From: Alphaproteobacteria bacterium
GTDB lineage: Bacteria; Pseudomonadota; Alphaproteobacteria; Rs-D84
Reading direction: 5' to 3'
DNA: 64,000 bases
Assembly: GCA_017511715.1 (NCBI GenBank)
Contig: JAFWJF010000008.1
Location: forward strand, 22,656-86,655
Shown here: positions 17,673-28,051 of the stretch, piece after piece
How positions within the stretch are numbered: the stretch's first letter is position 1
How the letters are laid out: every line of letters starts with the position of its first letter
Translations under genes and position numbers: made by a program
Notes under the pieces: generated by a model
The model's input: only the letters and a program-made list of their open reading frames with translations
The model's database searches: none
What the model was told of the DNA's origin: nothing

Positions 17673-17945
17673 ATGTCCGTAACAAAAGAAAAAAAGAGCG
17701 AATTAGTCGCTGCATATAAAAACAGTGAAAAAGATAATGGCGGTTCTGCAGCAGCTCAGGTTGCAATTTTGACAGAACGCATTCGCAATTTGACAGCACA
17801 TATGAAAGCGAATCACAAAGACGAACATTCTAAACGTGGTTTGTTGTTGATGGTTAACCGCCGTAAAAAATTGTTGGCATACATCAAAAAACATAATGTT
17901 GCAGAATATGAAGACTTGATTAAGAAATTAGGTCTGCGTAAATAA
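17673..17945 (+). CDS. rpsO: 30S ribosomal protein S15
   Basis: 90 aa; [36 protein letters not shown] is typical S15; it follows truB. Confidence 0.95.
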   Translation: MSVTKEKKSELVAAYKNSEKDNGGSAAAQVAILTERIRNLTAHMKANHKDEHSKRGLLLMVNRRKKLLAYIKKHNVAEYEDLIKKLGLRK

Positions 17946-17961
17946 TCAATTTTCGATTGAT

Positions 17962-17991
17962 AAAAAACGGTATCTTTTGATGCCGTTTTTT
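17962..17991. terminator. Bidirectional terminator between rpsO and the efflux operon
   Basis: AACGGTATC-TTTT-GATGCCGTT flanked by an A-run and a T-run. Confidence 0.65.
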
Positions 17992-19207
17992 ATTCGTATC
18001 TTAAGCTGTCTATTGGGTTTAGTTTGGCCGCTTTTATTGCAGGCATAACACCGGACGCCAGCCCCACAACAACCGCCACAGACACTGACAATATTACCGG
18101 CCAAATTGAAAACGGAACGTTATAGTGCAATATAAATCGCCCAACGCCCTGTGATAAACCAACGCCCAAGACCAAACCTATCATTGAACCAATAAAAGAT
18201 ATCATTACTGATTCTGATAAAAACTGAATTATTATCACACGTTCGCGCGCACCAATCGCCTTGCGAATACCGATTTCGCGTGTGCGTTCTGCCACAGATG
18301 TTAACATCATGTTCATAATGCCAATAGAACCAACCAAAAGCGATACCGCGGCAATCGCTATTAATAACAATTTCAGATAACCCGTCACTGTGTCCATTGT
18401 TTCCATGATTTGTTTCATATCTGTAATAATAAAATCGTCTTCATCCGTGTCTTTAAGGCGGTGCCGTTGTCGCAAAAGCGATGTTATCTGTTCAATAACA
18501 ACATTATTATCAGAATCGTTATAGATTTTCAGCGCAATCATGGTAACCGCATCTGGAAACTTAGAACCCTGCAGGCGTTTTTTCAATGTTGTTATTGGAA
18601 TTATAATCATGTCGTCTTGTGAACCAAAGGCAGAATCACCACGCGCCTTCATAACCCCAACTATGACAAAAGGCATGTTCTGGATACGAATTATTTCGCC
18701 AACAGGATTTTCTGGCAGTCCTAATTCAACCGCTGTATCCGGCCCAATAACAGCATAAGTCGATGCGTTTTTGACCGCGTTTTCATCAAAGAAAGTTCCA
18801 TATTCTATATCAATATCTTGAATTGCGGCATAATCAGGCGACACCCCCAACACCATTGTTGCCCAGTTTTTGTTTCCATATATAACCTGACCATTTCCCA
18901 TTTGTGCGGGCGATACGAAAGTGACATCGCTTAATCGCCTTATTTGTTCGCTGTCTGTTATGGTCAAAGTTTGTTTGTTTCCCATACGAACACCGCCACT
19001 GCGCGCGGCACTGGCACGAACCACTATAGTATTTGTGCCAAGAGATGAAAATTGGTCTGTGATAGATTTTTGGACAGTTTCGCCGACAGCAACCATTATA
19101 ACAACCGCCATGACCCCAATAATAATGCCTAAAACCGTCAGAAAAGACCGAAGTTTATTTCCGCTTATTGATATCCAAGATTCTTTCAATATATCGCCCA
19201 GTGTCAT
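17990..19207 (-). CDS. ABC transporter permease, MacB/FtsX family
   Basis: 405 aa with an N-terminal TM, a large periplasmic domain and a C-terminal FtsX-like 3-TM bundle. It overlaps the ATPase gene by 4 nt. Confidence 0.8.
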   Translation of the reverse strand: MTLGDILKESWISISGNKLRSFLTVLGIIIGVMAVVIMVAVGETVQKSITDQFSSLGTNTIVVRASAARSGGVRMGNKQTLTITDSEQIRRLSDVTFVSPAQMGNGQVIYGNKNWATMVLGVSPDYAAIQDIDIEYGTFFDENAVKNASTYAVIGPDTAVELGLPENPVGEIIRIQNMPFVIVGVMKARGDSAFGSQDDMIIIPITTLKKRLQGSKFPDAVTMIALKIYNDSDNNVVIEQITSLLRQRHRLKDTDEDDFIITDMKQIMETMDTVTGYLKLLLIAIAAVSLLVGSIGIMNMMLTSVAERTREIGIRKAIGARERVIIIQFLSESVMISFIGSMIGLVLGVGLSQGVGRFILHYNVPFSIWPVILSVSVAVVVGLASGVMPAIKAAKLNPIDSLRYE

Positions 19208-19950
19208 TTTTTATGCCGTTTTTCAGAATTTAATAATATTGTTTCGCTTTTCGGAACAGGACCATCATATGTGACGTGCCCATCAAAGATATGAATTATT
19301 CGGCGTGCATATTGAGCAATCTCGAATTCATGAGTAATCATTATTATTGTTATACCCATATCTTTATTCAATTTTCCAAAAAACCTTAAAATCTCGTTTC
19401 CCATTTTGGAATCAAGAGAACCGGTTGGTTCGTCTGCCAATATCAATTTAGGATTGCCTGCTAATGCGCGCGCTATTGCAACACGTTGTTTCATACCCCC
19501 AGATAGTTGTGGTGGATAATAATCCTCGAATTTTTCAAGACCAACCAGGCGCAACATTTCACGCGCACGAATAATTCTGTCGTTTACAGATATTCCGCGA
19601 TACATCAACGGCAACATTACGTTATCAAGAATAGTGCGTTTGGAAAGCAAATTGAAATTTTGGAAAACAAAGCCTATATATTCATTACGCACAGTTGCTA
19701 AATCATCGGCAGTCATTGTTGTTATGTCTTTGTTGTATAATTCGTATGTCCCAGATGTTGCGGTATCCAGCGCACCGATGATATTCATACATGTCGATTT
19801 TCCTGAACCAGATGGGCCCATAATCGCTACAAATTCGCCGGATTTAATTGTAAAAGTAATATCAAACAAAACCTGTTGATTTCCCCCAACCGCAAGTGGA
19901 AAGGTTTTATTTACTTTGTTTAAGACAATAATGTTCGTTTGATTTTTCAT
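19204..19950 (-). CDS. ABC transporter ATP-binding protein (MacB/LolD-like)
   Basis: Walker A GPSGSGKST, signature LSGGMKQRVAIARAL, Walker B LILADEPTGSLD. Confidence 0.9.
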   Translation of the reverse strand: MKNQTNIIVLNKVNKTFPLAVGGNQQVLFDITFTIKSGEFVAIMGPSGSGKSTCMNIIGALDTATSGTYELYNKDITTMTADDLATVRNEYIGFVFQNFNLLSKRTILDNVMLPLMYRGISVNDRIIRAREMLRLVGLEKFEDYYPPQLSGGMKQRVAIARALAGNPKLILADEPTGSLDSKMGNEILRFFGKLNKDMGITIIMITHEFEIAQYARRIIHIFDGHVTYDGPVPKSETILLNSEKRHKK

Positions 19951-19953
19951 GAA

Positions 19954-21147
19954 TTACATTCGTGGCCGCATTTTGTCGCCTTTGTTAGTTGTTTTTTGAC
20001 CAGAAAAACCTATGATTATCTTGTCGCCAGGCTTTATTTCATCCGATACAATTTGCGTTTCTGTTGGTGTCGCAATTCCGCGTTTATACGGAATAAAAAC
20101 TATATCTTTGTCGCGCATTATCGCCAGGTGCGTTTTAGGACTAATATCATTACTGACATTATCTATGATATTCTTATACGAACGAATTAAAAGACCTGAA
20201 TTTTTTGTTTTCCATGTGTCTTTCGCACTGGCAACAACTGCCGTCACGAATGCCGTCATCCCCGGCATTAACTTCAAGTCGCTGTTATCTACATCTATGA
20301 CAACAGTATAAACAACAACATTAGAAACGGTTGTTGGCGACAACCTTATTTGTTGAACATTTCCTTTGAACACCATGTTTGGATATGCATCAACAGTAAA
20401 ACTGACCGGCATACCATTTTTTATCATACCTATATCAGCTTCGCTTACCGCGGTTTCAATTTGCATTTTTGATAAATCTTCGGCAATCTCAAAAAGGTCT
20501 GGTGTTTGGAAAGACGCTGCAACCGTTTGACCCTTGTCAACTTTGCGTGAAATAACCGTTCCATCAACCGGCGAAGTTATTGTTGCGTATCCCAAATTTG
20601 TGACTGCGCGTTCGTATGCATATTGCGCCTTGTTAACCGCCTGTTGAGCCTGTTCATATACGGTTTGTGATTTTTCCATTTCTGCCCGGGAAATAAAACC
20701 GTCCTTGTACAAAGATTGGTTACGATTATATTCGCTTTGCGCATATTTCAGTTCTGACTTCATAGAATCAAGTGTTGCCAACGCTTCGTCCACCGTAGAT
20801 TGCAAAACAGATGGTTCTATGGTTAATAAAATATCACCTTTTTTTACATGAGAATTATAATCAACGAAAATGTTTTCTATGGTCCCAGAAACTTGTGAAC
20901 CAACATTGATTGTGTTCACTGGTTGAATTTCACCCGTTGCTGTTACACTTTGTGTTATATCGCCCCGCGTTATATCCATCGTTATATATTCTTTTTTCTT
21001 GGAACCGGCAAACGGGCACAACCACCAACAAAGCAAGCCTGCAATTATAATTATTGCGCCCAACCACCATTTGTTGCGCCATATATAATTCCAAACCCGT
21101 TTTATAAAAGTCGGTTTTGTGTCAACAACATTTTCTTCTTTTTCCAT
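19954..21147 (-). CDS. Efflux periplasmic adaptor (HlyD/MacA family)
   Basis: N-terminal TM, a coiled-coil hairpin region and beta-barrel segments. It lies between the TolC-like and ABC genes. Confidence 0.8.
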   Translation of the reverse strand: MEKEENVVDTKPTFIKRVWNYIWRNKWWLGAIIIIAGLLCWWLCPFAGSKKKEYITMDITRGDITQSVTATGEIQPVNTINVGSQVSGTIENIFVDYNSHVKKGDILLTIEPSVLQSTVDEALATLDSMKSELKYAQSEYNRNQSLYKDGFISRAEMEKSQTVYEQAQQAVNKAQYAYERAVTNLGYATITSPVDGTVISRKVDKGQTVAASFQTPDLFEIAEDLSKMQIETAVSEADIGMIKNGMPVSFTVDAYPNMVFKGNVQQIRLSPTTVSNVVVYTVVIDVDNSDLKLMPGMTAFVTAVVASAKDTWKTKNSGLLIRSYKNIIDNVSNDISPKTHLAIMRDKDIVFIPYKRGIATPTETQIVSDEIKPGDKIIIGFSGQKTTNKGDKMRPRM

Positions 21148-22460
21148 TACTTGTTATCCTTTAGCCCGTTTTTTATATCGCCAATCGCCAATGCCACCGC
21201 AGCGCGTTTTATAAATAAATCATATTTAGCACTGTTATGTTGGTTGCGGGCATCTGCTAATTCTGACTGAACCGTCTGCCAGTCCAGCATCGTTGCACGC
21301 CCCACCTTGTACATACCAGATGTCACACGTTCGCTTTCTGTTGCAGATTTAAGAAGCGTTTCTGTTTGCTTTAATACAGTTTGCGCTGTTTTATAATTTT
21401 GGTACGCAGTAAAAACATCCATCATTGCATTATCTGCAACACTTTGTTCGGTGTATTTTACATTTTCATAATCTGAACTTGCGGATCGCGCATTATAGTA
21501 ATTCAAGAACCCCGTAAATATAGGCATAGATGCAGAAAAACCAATACTGCCATGTGTTTTCATTGTCATATGCTCAAACATTCCGCCAACCGTATAATCA
21601 TTTGTTTCAACAGATGCATTCACAGATATTGACGGTAAATTTTTCAAGAAAGCACTATTGCGCCGATGCCACGCTGCATTTGTTTGAGATTTTGCCCTTA
21701 ATAAATCTGGTCTTTGTTTTTTTGCAACAGAAATCAGTTCATCAATATTTTTACTTTCTGCCGCGCTGCCAAATGTTGCGGGCATATCTTTGATTTTTAT
21801 TGATTCATTGGCAGGGAAAGAAAGAATATTCAAAAGGTTGCCTTTGGCGATTTCTCGATTATTTTTTGCACGCTCTAATGCCAATTGCGATGACGCCAGT
21901 GTTGTATCAGCCTTGTAAACATCGGCACGCGCCACCGCCCCAGATTTATATTTTTTATCCGCGGTATCTTTTGCAGTCTGGGCAACCGTCAGGGCTGCTT
22001 TTGCAGAAACGACCGCCGCATCCATATTTAACAATTCATAATACGCGCCAACAACAGAATAAATAAAATTTTGCACTGTGTCATCATAGTCAAAACCGGC
22101 TGCCCGGTATGTGGCAAGGCTTTGCGCAAAATCAGATTCGCGTTTCCCAAAATCAAAAATCAAATAAGATGCAGACAAAGAACCACTGTAATCCCAATCA
22201 TCGTGTTCTGTATGCGAACGATTTGCCCCAACATGACCAGAAACCGATGGCAGATAGTATGAATGTGCCGCATTTTTTTGATAACGTTGTGATTGCAACG
22301 CGGCATATGCCGCGGCAGTATGCGGATTCCGACAAAGCCCGATATCTACAACTTCTGCCAGGTTCATTTCAACATCTGGAACATGACGCATGGTTGCACA
22401 ATCGTCCTTGGCAGCGGCACACAATGGCAAAAAAAGAAAAACAACACTAACGCGCTTCAT
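21147..22460 (-). CDS. tolC: TolC-family outer membrane efflux protein
   Basis: Signal peptide MKRVSVVFLFLPLCAAA and two repeated alpha/beta TolC-like halves. Start set at the ATG at 22460 (the listed ORF begins at an upstream TTG). Confidence 0.8.
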   Translation of the reverse strand: MKRVSVVFLFLPLCAAAKDDCATMRHVPDVEMNLAEVVDIGLCRNPHTAAAYAALQSQRYQKNAAHSYYLPSVSGHVGANRSHTEHDDWDYSGSLSASYLIFDFGKRESDFAQSLATYRAAGFDYDDTVQNFIYSVVGAYYELLNMDAAVVSAKAALTVAQTAKDTADKKYKSGAVARADVYKADTTLASSQLALERAKNNREIAKGNLLNILSFPANESIKIKDMPATFGSAAESKNIDELISVAKKQRPDLLRAKSQTNAAWHRRNSAFLKNLPSISVNASVETNDYTVGGMFEHMTMKTHGSIGFSASMPIFTGFLNYYNARSASSDYENVKYTEQSVADNAMMDVFTAYQNYKTAQTVLKQTETLLKSATESERVTSGMYKVGRATMLDWQTVQSELADARNQHNSAKYDLFIKRAAVALAIGDIKNGLKDNK

Positions 22461-22536
22461 AATATACAAAAGATAACTGTTTTTCAGCTTGAAAAATATC
22501 GGAACAAATTCATTTACTGGCGCACGTATTTTTATG

Positions 22537-22565
22537 TTGAAATATGTTTATTTTTTGCTTAATAT
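22537..22565 (+). promoter_or_regulatory. Candidate sigma70 promoter for tRNA-Cys (and recF)
   Basis: TTGAAA, 17-nt spacer, TAATAT, ending 14 nt before the tRNA. Confidence 0.5.
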
Positions 22566-22579
22566 GTCCTTACGCGAAA

Positions 22580-22653
22580 GGCCAGGTGGCAGAGTGGTTA
22601 TGCAGAGGACTGCAAATCCTTGGATGCCGGTTCGATTCCGACCCTGGCCTCCA
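22580..22653 (+). tRNA. tRNA-Cys (anticodon GCA), CCA encoded
   Basis: Acceptor GGCCAGG/CCTGGCC; anticodon stem GAGGA/TCCTT with loop CTGCAAA; T loop TTCGATT. There is one C-A mismatch in the T stem. Confidence 0.85.
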
Positions 22654-22663
22654 TATATTAGAA

Positions 22664-23743
22664 ATGATAAACCAGATTACTCTTACTAATTTCAGAAATC
22701 ATATATCTTCGCGAATCACGATTGATAACGCAAAAAACATTATCATCACTGGTCTTAATGGTGCCGGCAAAACTGCTGTATTAGAGGCCGTATCGTTGCT
22801 CTGTGGGGAACGTGGCTTGCGCGGTGCAGAAATTCAGAATCTGGCACGATTTAACGGCGATGGTGGTTTTTCTGTATTTGCTACAACAGATGACGAAAGC
22901 GACGTATGCGTATTCTTGAATCCCGGCGATACAAATCGTCATGCAAAGATAGACAATGAAAATGTGGCGTTGGCTGAATTAGCAAAAAAACTGCGTATTA
23001 TATGGCTGACCCCAAAAGAAGACAGAATTTTTATGGAATCTGCCAGTGATAGACGTGCTTTTTTTGACAGATTGGCGGCTTCTTTTGAGCCATCTCATAT
23101 GGGACGCATCGCACGACTTAATAAGTTAATGTCAGAACGTGCAGGCGCAATAAAAAATGGGGCGGATAATAATTGGCTTAACGCGATTGATACACAAATT
23201 GCCGCGACATCTGTATCTGTTGCCGCAGGACGCATAAGATATGCGGGCGAAATAAACTATTTTTTTTCAAGCGGTGCAGTATCTGTCAATGGTTGCGTTG
23301 AAAAATTGGTTTTAGAAGAAAATGCAATGTATGCAGAAAAAAAATATCTTGAATATTTACAAAACAACCGTGAATTAATCGGGGACAAAATGGTTATTGA
23401 TGGCGTACACAAATCTGATTTTGGTGTGTTTAATAAAAAACTAAATTTACCCGCACAAATAACATCCACCGGTCAGCAAAAGGCAATTTTAATTGATTTA
23501 ATTTTGGCACATGCAAAGTTAGTTAATATCAAAACTGGTGTTGCGCCACTAATTTTGCTGGATGAAGCCGCAGCGCATCTGGATAATGAAGCGCGCGCAA
23601 AACTGTTTCATGATTTGAACGCATCTAATGCCCAGGTCTGGGCAACAGGCCTTGATGCAAATATATTCAGGAATATTCCAAATGCTTTATTTGTCACTTG
23701 CGTTGATGGCACAATAAATAATATAGTTATGACGGAGAATTAA
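22664..23743 (+). CDS. recF: DNA replication and repair protein RecF
   Basis: MINQITLTNFRNH plus Walker A GLNGAGKTAVLEA and C-terminal LLDEAAAHLD. The start at 22664 is 10 nt after the tRNA-Cys CCA; the listed ORF extension overlaps the tRNA. Confidence 0.88.
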   Translation: MINQITLTNFRNHISSRITIDNAKNIIITGLNGAGKTAVLEAVSLLCGERGLRGAEIQNLARFNGDGGFSVFATTDDESDVCVFLNPGDTNRHAKIDNENVALAELAKKLRIIWLTPKEDRIFMESASDRRAFFDRLAASFEPSHMGRIARLNKLMSERAGAIKNGADNNWLNAIDTQIAATSVSVAAGRIRYAGEINYFFSSGAVSVNGCVEKLVLEENAMYAEKKYLEYLQNNRELIGDKMVIDGVHKSDFGVFNKKLNLPAQITSTGQQKAILIDLILAHAKLVNIKTGVAPLILLDEAAAHLDNEARAKLFHDLNASNAQVWATGLDANIFRNIPNALFVTCVDGTINNIVMTEN

Positions 23744-23744
23744 A

Positions 23745-24215
23745 ATGCCAAAGATAAACTATCAACAACTACTTGATAACGCATTAAAATCTGTTGTCAA
23801 AGAAGCACTTATTTATGCACAATATAATGGCCTTGGTGACGATGCCGGTTTTTTTATAACATTCAAGACGCGCGCACCGGGTGTGGTATTACCAGATTTT
23901 CTTCGTATGCGTTATCCTGATACAATGACAATTGTTTTACAATATTCCTATAATAACCTTAATGTTTCCGATACAGAATTTGGTGTTCAATTAACATTTG
24001 ACGGTCGCCCGTTTTTTATACGTGTCCCGTTTTCTGCACTGGTCGAATTCAAGGACCCAACAACTGAATTTATGTTGTCTTTTCAGACACGACAACAGGC
24101 CACAGAACAAAAAATTGACAACATGGAATTACCACTGGAAGAAAAACCAGACACCGTTCCTGATGACAAACGCGTGGTTTCATTGGACGAATTTAGAAAG
24201 AAAAGAAATTTATAA
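23745..24215 (+). CDS. sspB: ClpXP adaptor SspB (alphaproteobacterial type)
   Basis: FFITFKTRAPGVVLP...YPDTMTIVLQYSYNNL...LTFDGRPFFIRVPFSAL matches the alpha-SspB pattern as I recall it from Caulobacter. Confidence 0.65.
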   Translation: MPKINYQQLLDNALKSVVKEALIYAQYNGLGDDAGFFITFKTRAPGVVLPDFLRMRYPDTMTIVLQYSYNNLNVSDTEFGVQLTFDGRPFFIRVPFSALVEFKDPTTEFMLSFQTRQQATEQKIDNMELPLEEKPDTVPDDKRVVSLDEFRKKRNL

Positions 24216-24245
24216 AAACACCGGCAAATGCCGGTATTTTTTTAT
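24213..24245. terminator. Bidirectional terminator (ACCGGC-AAAT-GCCGGT) between sspB and accC
   Basis: AAAAACACCGGCAAATGCCGGTATTTTTTTATT, identical to the copy at 12101-12133. Confidence 0.75.
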
Positions 24246-25618
24246 TCTTTATCGTCTTCTGATTCTTCCGTTTTTTGATTCGCCAAAAAGGTTTCCAGCC
24301 AATGATTATCTGTTTTCAATTGGCGCACATCAGATGATTCCAAAAGTTTCTTTTGCAGCGGAATCGTTGTCTTGATTCCTTCAATAACGAATTCGTCCAG
24401 CGCACGTTGCGCACGCATAATACACGCAGGCCGCGATGGCGCATGCACAACTAATTTCGCAATCATTGAATCATATGTTGGCGGAATTGTATATCCAGTG
24501 TATGCCGCACTGTCCACACGCACCCCAAGCCCCCCAGACGGCGCATACAATGTTATTTTTCCAGGATTCGGAACGAACGTTTCAGGGTCTTCGGCATTGA
24601 TACGAAATTCAATCGCATGACCGTTTGCGACAAGATTTGATTGTGTATAACCTAATTTTTCACCCGCGGCGATACGAATTTGTTCGCGCACCAAATCAAC
24701 ACCATAAACCATTTCTGTCACCGGGTGTTCAACCTGCAGACGCGTATTCATTTCAAGAAAATAAAACTTACCATTTTCATACATAAACTCGAAAGTTCCA
24801 GCATTAGTATATTTCATTTTCTTGGCAGCATTTTTGCAAACTTCAATCATATCATCGCGTTGCTTTTGGGTTAAAACAGCCGCCGGGCATTCTTCCATAA
24901 CCTTTTGGTTTTTTCGTTGCAACGAACAATCGCGTTCACCAAAGATTACAACGTTTCCATGCTTATCCGCCAAGACTTGAAATTCAATATGACGCGGATG
25001 CAATAATAATTTTTCCATGTAAAGAGTATCATCACCAAAGGCAGATTTAGATTCAGCCTTTACAATAGGGAACGCTTCCCTTAATTCATTAGCATTATTT
25101 ATCGCGCGCATACCACGACCACCGCCACCAGATGCCGCCTTTATCATCACGGGATATCCGATTTTTTCCGCCCAAACAAGTGCATCTTCAATATCACGTA
25201 ACGCGCCATCACTGCCGGGGACAACGGGCAACCCGCATTTTACAGCCGTCTGTTTAGCATTAACTTTATCCCCCATCTTGCGAATCATATCGCTGTCTGG
25301 GCCAATCCATATAAGACCGTGTTGTTCAACTTTATCTACGAAATCTGCACGTTCTGACAAGAAACCGTATCCAGGATGAATCGCATCTGCATTTGTTAAC
25401 AATGCCGCCGTTAATATTGCAGATTCGTTAAGATAAGATTCTGATGATTGCGCCGGCCCAATACATACAGATTCGTCTGCTAACTTAACATGCATCGCAT
25501 CTTTATCTGCCACGGAATAAACCGCGACAGTACGTATTCCCATATCACGACACGCACGAATAACACGCAGTGCAATTTCACCGCGATTTGCAATTAAAAC
25601 TTTCTTGATTTGTGGCAT
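24242..25618 (-). CDS. accC: Acetyl-CoA carboxylase biotin carboxylase subunit
   Basis: KVLIANRGEIALRVIRAC and ATP-grasp motifs; 458 aa. Confidence 0.95.
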   Translation of the reverse strand: MPQIKKVLIANRGEIALRVIRACRDMGIRTVAVYSVADKDAMHVKLADESVCIGPAQSSESYLNESAILTAALLTNADAIHPGYGFLSERADFVDKVEQHGLIWIGPDSDMIRKMGDKVNAKQTAVKCGLPVVPGSDGALRDIEDALVWAEKIGYPVMIKAASGGGGRGMRAINNANELREAFPIVKAESKSAFGDDTLYMEKLLLHPRHIEFQVLADKHGNVVIFGERDCSLQRKNQKVMEECPAAVLTQKQRDDMIEVCKNAAKKMKYTNAGTFEFMYENGKFYFLEMNTRLQVEHPVTEMVYGVDLVREQIRIAAGEKLGYTQSNLVANGHAIEFRINAEDPETFVPNPGKITLYAPSGGLGVRVDSAAYTGYTIPPTYDSMIAKLVVHAPSRPACIMRAQRALDEFVIEGIKTTIPLQKKLLESSDVRQLKTDNHWLETFLANQKTEESEDDKE

Positions 25619-25629
25619 GATTCGCCCCG

Positions 25630-26055
25630 TTATTCTATGACAATAATCGGCGTATCAAATTCAACAGCCATACCGTCTGTGACCAAAATTTCTTTGACAA
25701 CACCATCAACATCAGATTTGATTGGGTTGAAAGTTTTCATGGCTTCGACCAAAGCAACCGTATCACCAGCCTTTACTTCGCTGCCCACATTTACAAAAGG
25801 TTTTGCGCCTGGTTCTGGGGCAAGGTATGCCACGCCTACCATTGGCGATTTCAATACATGACCAGATATTTTTACATCTGTCTTGTTTTGTTGAACGAAA
25901 CCGACCGGTGCAGCAGCGACTGCTTGTTGTTTAGATAAATGAATATGTTTGCGATACAAACCTAATAACAGTTGACGTTCTAAATCAAGTTCTGTTATGC
26001 CCATCTCGTCCATCAGTTTGGACATATTTTCTACCGTTGACCTAAAAGATGCCAT
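25630..26055 (-). CDS. accB: Biotin carboxyl carrier protein of acetyl-CoA carboxylase
   Basis: Biotinyl-lysine motif VEAMKTFNPI near the C-terminus; it lies upstream of accC. Confidence 0.9.
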   Translation of the reverse strand: MASFRSTVENMSKLMDEMGITELDLERQLLLGLYRKHIHLSKQQAVAAAPVGFVQQNKTDVKISGHVLKSPMVGVAYLAPEPGAKPFVNVGSEVKAGDTVALVEAMKTFNPIKSDVDGVVKEILVTDGMAVEFDTPIIVIE

Positions 26056-26115
26056 AATTATAAATCCTTTTTGTTTACATATATCACTTGAATTTTACCA
26101 TATTGATTTTTTAAG

Positions 26116-26346
26116 TCAAGGGACAGGATCATACCCGCATCCCCCACCGGGTCTGCAACGCGATATGCGCTTTATTCCCATCCATGTGCCACGAAATAAA
26201 CCATATTTTTCAATTGCTTGTTTTGTATATTCGCTGCACGTTGGAATGAAACGACATGCCGCCCGCCCCCCAATAAACGGCGATATACATATTTGATAAA
26301 ATCGGACAAGTTTGCACCCAAACCGGCTTAAGTAATCTGTTTTCAT
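26116..26346 (-). CDS. yidD: Membrane protein insertion efficiency factor YidD
   Basis: [33 protein letters not shown]...GYDPVP is diagnostic. Confidence 0.9.
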   Translation of the reverse strand: MKTDYLSRFGCKLVRFYQICISPFIGGRAACRFIPTCSEYTKQAIEKYGLFRGTWMGIKRISRCRPGGGCGYDPVP

Positions 26347-26669
26347 TTGGAAATTTTCTTTAATGCGTTCGCCAATTTTTTACGACCATCGCTGCGATTA
26401 CAGTCAAAAATATGCATCCTGGCAATAAAAATATAATCTAGATTTGGCAACATCAGGTGTTCATTATACGCAATCCAATCACGCAACAAACGCTTTGCAC
26501 GATTACGATGTACCGCCAATTTGAAAGTGCGTTTTGATACAATAATTCCATAGCGAGAATCTTTTCTTGCCGCGGGTTTTGCCTTGGTTATAAAAAAATG
26601 ATTAAAAACCACCGGGTCATCTGGTGCGGTCAAAAAATCTTTATGATTTCGTATGGTTTTTCTTTTCAT
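26343..26669 (-). CDS. rnpA: Ribonuclease P protein component
   Basis: 108 aa, basic. RNR-like motif [13 protein letters not shown]; it overlaps yidD by 4 nt. Confidence 0.85.
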   Translation of the reverse strand: MKRKTIRNHKDFLTAPDDPVVFNHFFITKAKPAARKDSRYGIIVSKRTFKLAVHRNRAKRLLRDWIAYNEHLMLPNLDYIFIARMHIFDCNRSDGRKKLANALKKISK

Positions 26670-26732
26670 GCCAGCGATTATACCAGAATATCAAGAAAAG
26701 CAAATAAAAAAGCAAAATTTGCTGATGTGCAC

Positions 26733-26760
26733 TTGATTTTTTCTGTGCCTGCTTTATAAT
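26733..26760 (+). promoter_or_regulatory. Candidate sigma70 promoter of mreB
   Basis: TTGATT, 16-nt spacer, TATAAT, ending 28 nt before the mreB ATG. Confidence 0.5.
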
Positions 26761-26788
26761 GCGAAAAACAAAGCCAAGGGATTTATAG

Positions 26789-27838
<1,050 letters not shown>

Positions 27839-27845
27839 ACTAATA

Positions 27846-27875
27846 AAAAAACACCGGCACAAGCCGGTTTTTTTA
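27846..27875. terminator. Terminator after mreB (ACCGGC-ACAA-GCCGGT)
   Basis: A-run, 6-bp stem, T-run. Confidence 0.75.
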
Positions 27876-27903
27876 TTGCAAATCGGTTTTTTACTGTTAT
27901 AAT
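27876..27903 (+). promoter_or_regulatory. Candidate sigma70 promoter for tRNA-Val(GAC)
   Basis: TTGCAA, 16-nt spacer, TATAAT, ending 12 nt before the tRNA. Confidence 0.5.
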
Positions 27904-27915
27904 TCACTCAGTTTT

Positions 27916-27992
27916 GGGTGGTTAGCTCAGTTGGCTAGAGCGTCACGTTGACATCGTGGAGGTCGTTGGTTCGAGCCCAATACCACCCACCA
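27916..27992 (+). tRNA. tRNA-Val (anticodon GAC), CCA encoded
   Basis: Acceptor GGGTGGT/ACCACCC; anticodon stem TCACG/CGTGG with loop TTGACAT; T arm GTTGG-TTCGAGC-CCAAT. Confidence 0.9.
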
Positions 27993-28005
27993 CGAAATTC
28001 CAAAA

Positions 28006-28030
28006 GGCAACCAAAACGGTTGCTTTTTTT
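28006..28030 (+). terminator. Intrinsic terminator between tRNA-Val(GAC) and metG
   Basis: GCAACC-AAAAC-GGTTGC followed by seven T. It ends 21 nt before the metG ATG. Confidence 0.75.
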
Positions 28031-28051
28031 GTTCGAATCACAGAGGCACGC

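Noticed and set aside
22544-22663. Upstream extension of the recF ORF (MFIFCLICPYAKGQVAEWLCRGLQILGCRFDSDPGLHILE)
   Set aside because: It is the translation of tRNA-Cys and its promoter. RecF homology begins at MINQITLTNF (22664).
27956-28051. Upstream extension of the metG ORF (MEVVGSSPIPPTTKF...)
   Set aside because: It reads through the 3' half of tRNA-Val(GAC) and its terminator. MetRS homology begins at MTKKYLITSALPY (28052).
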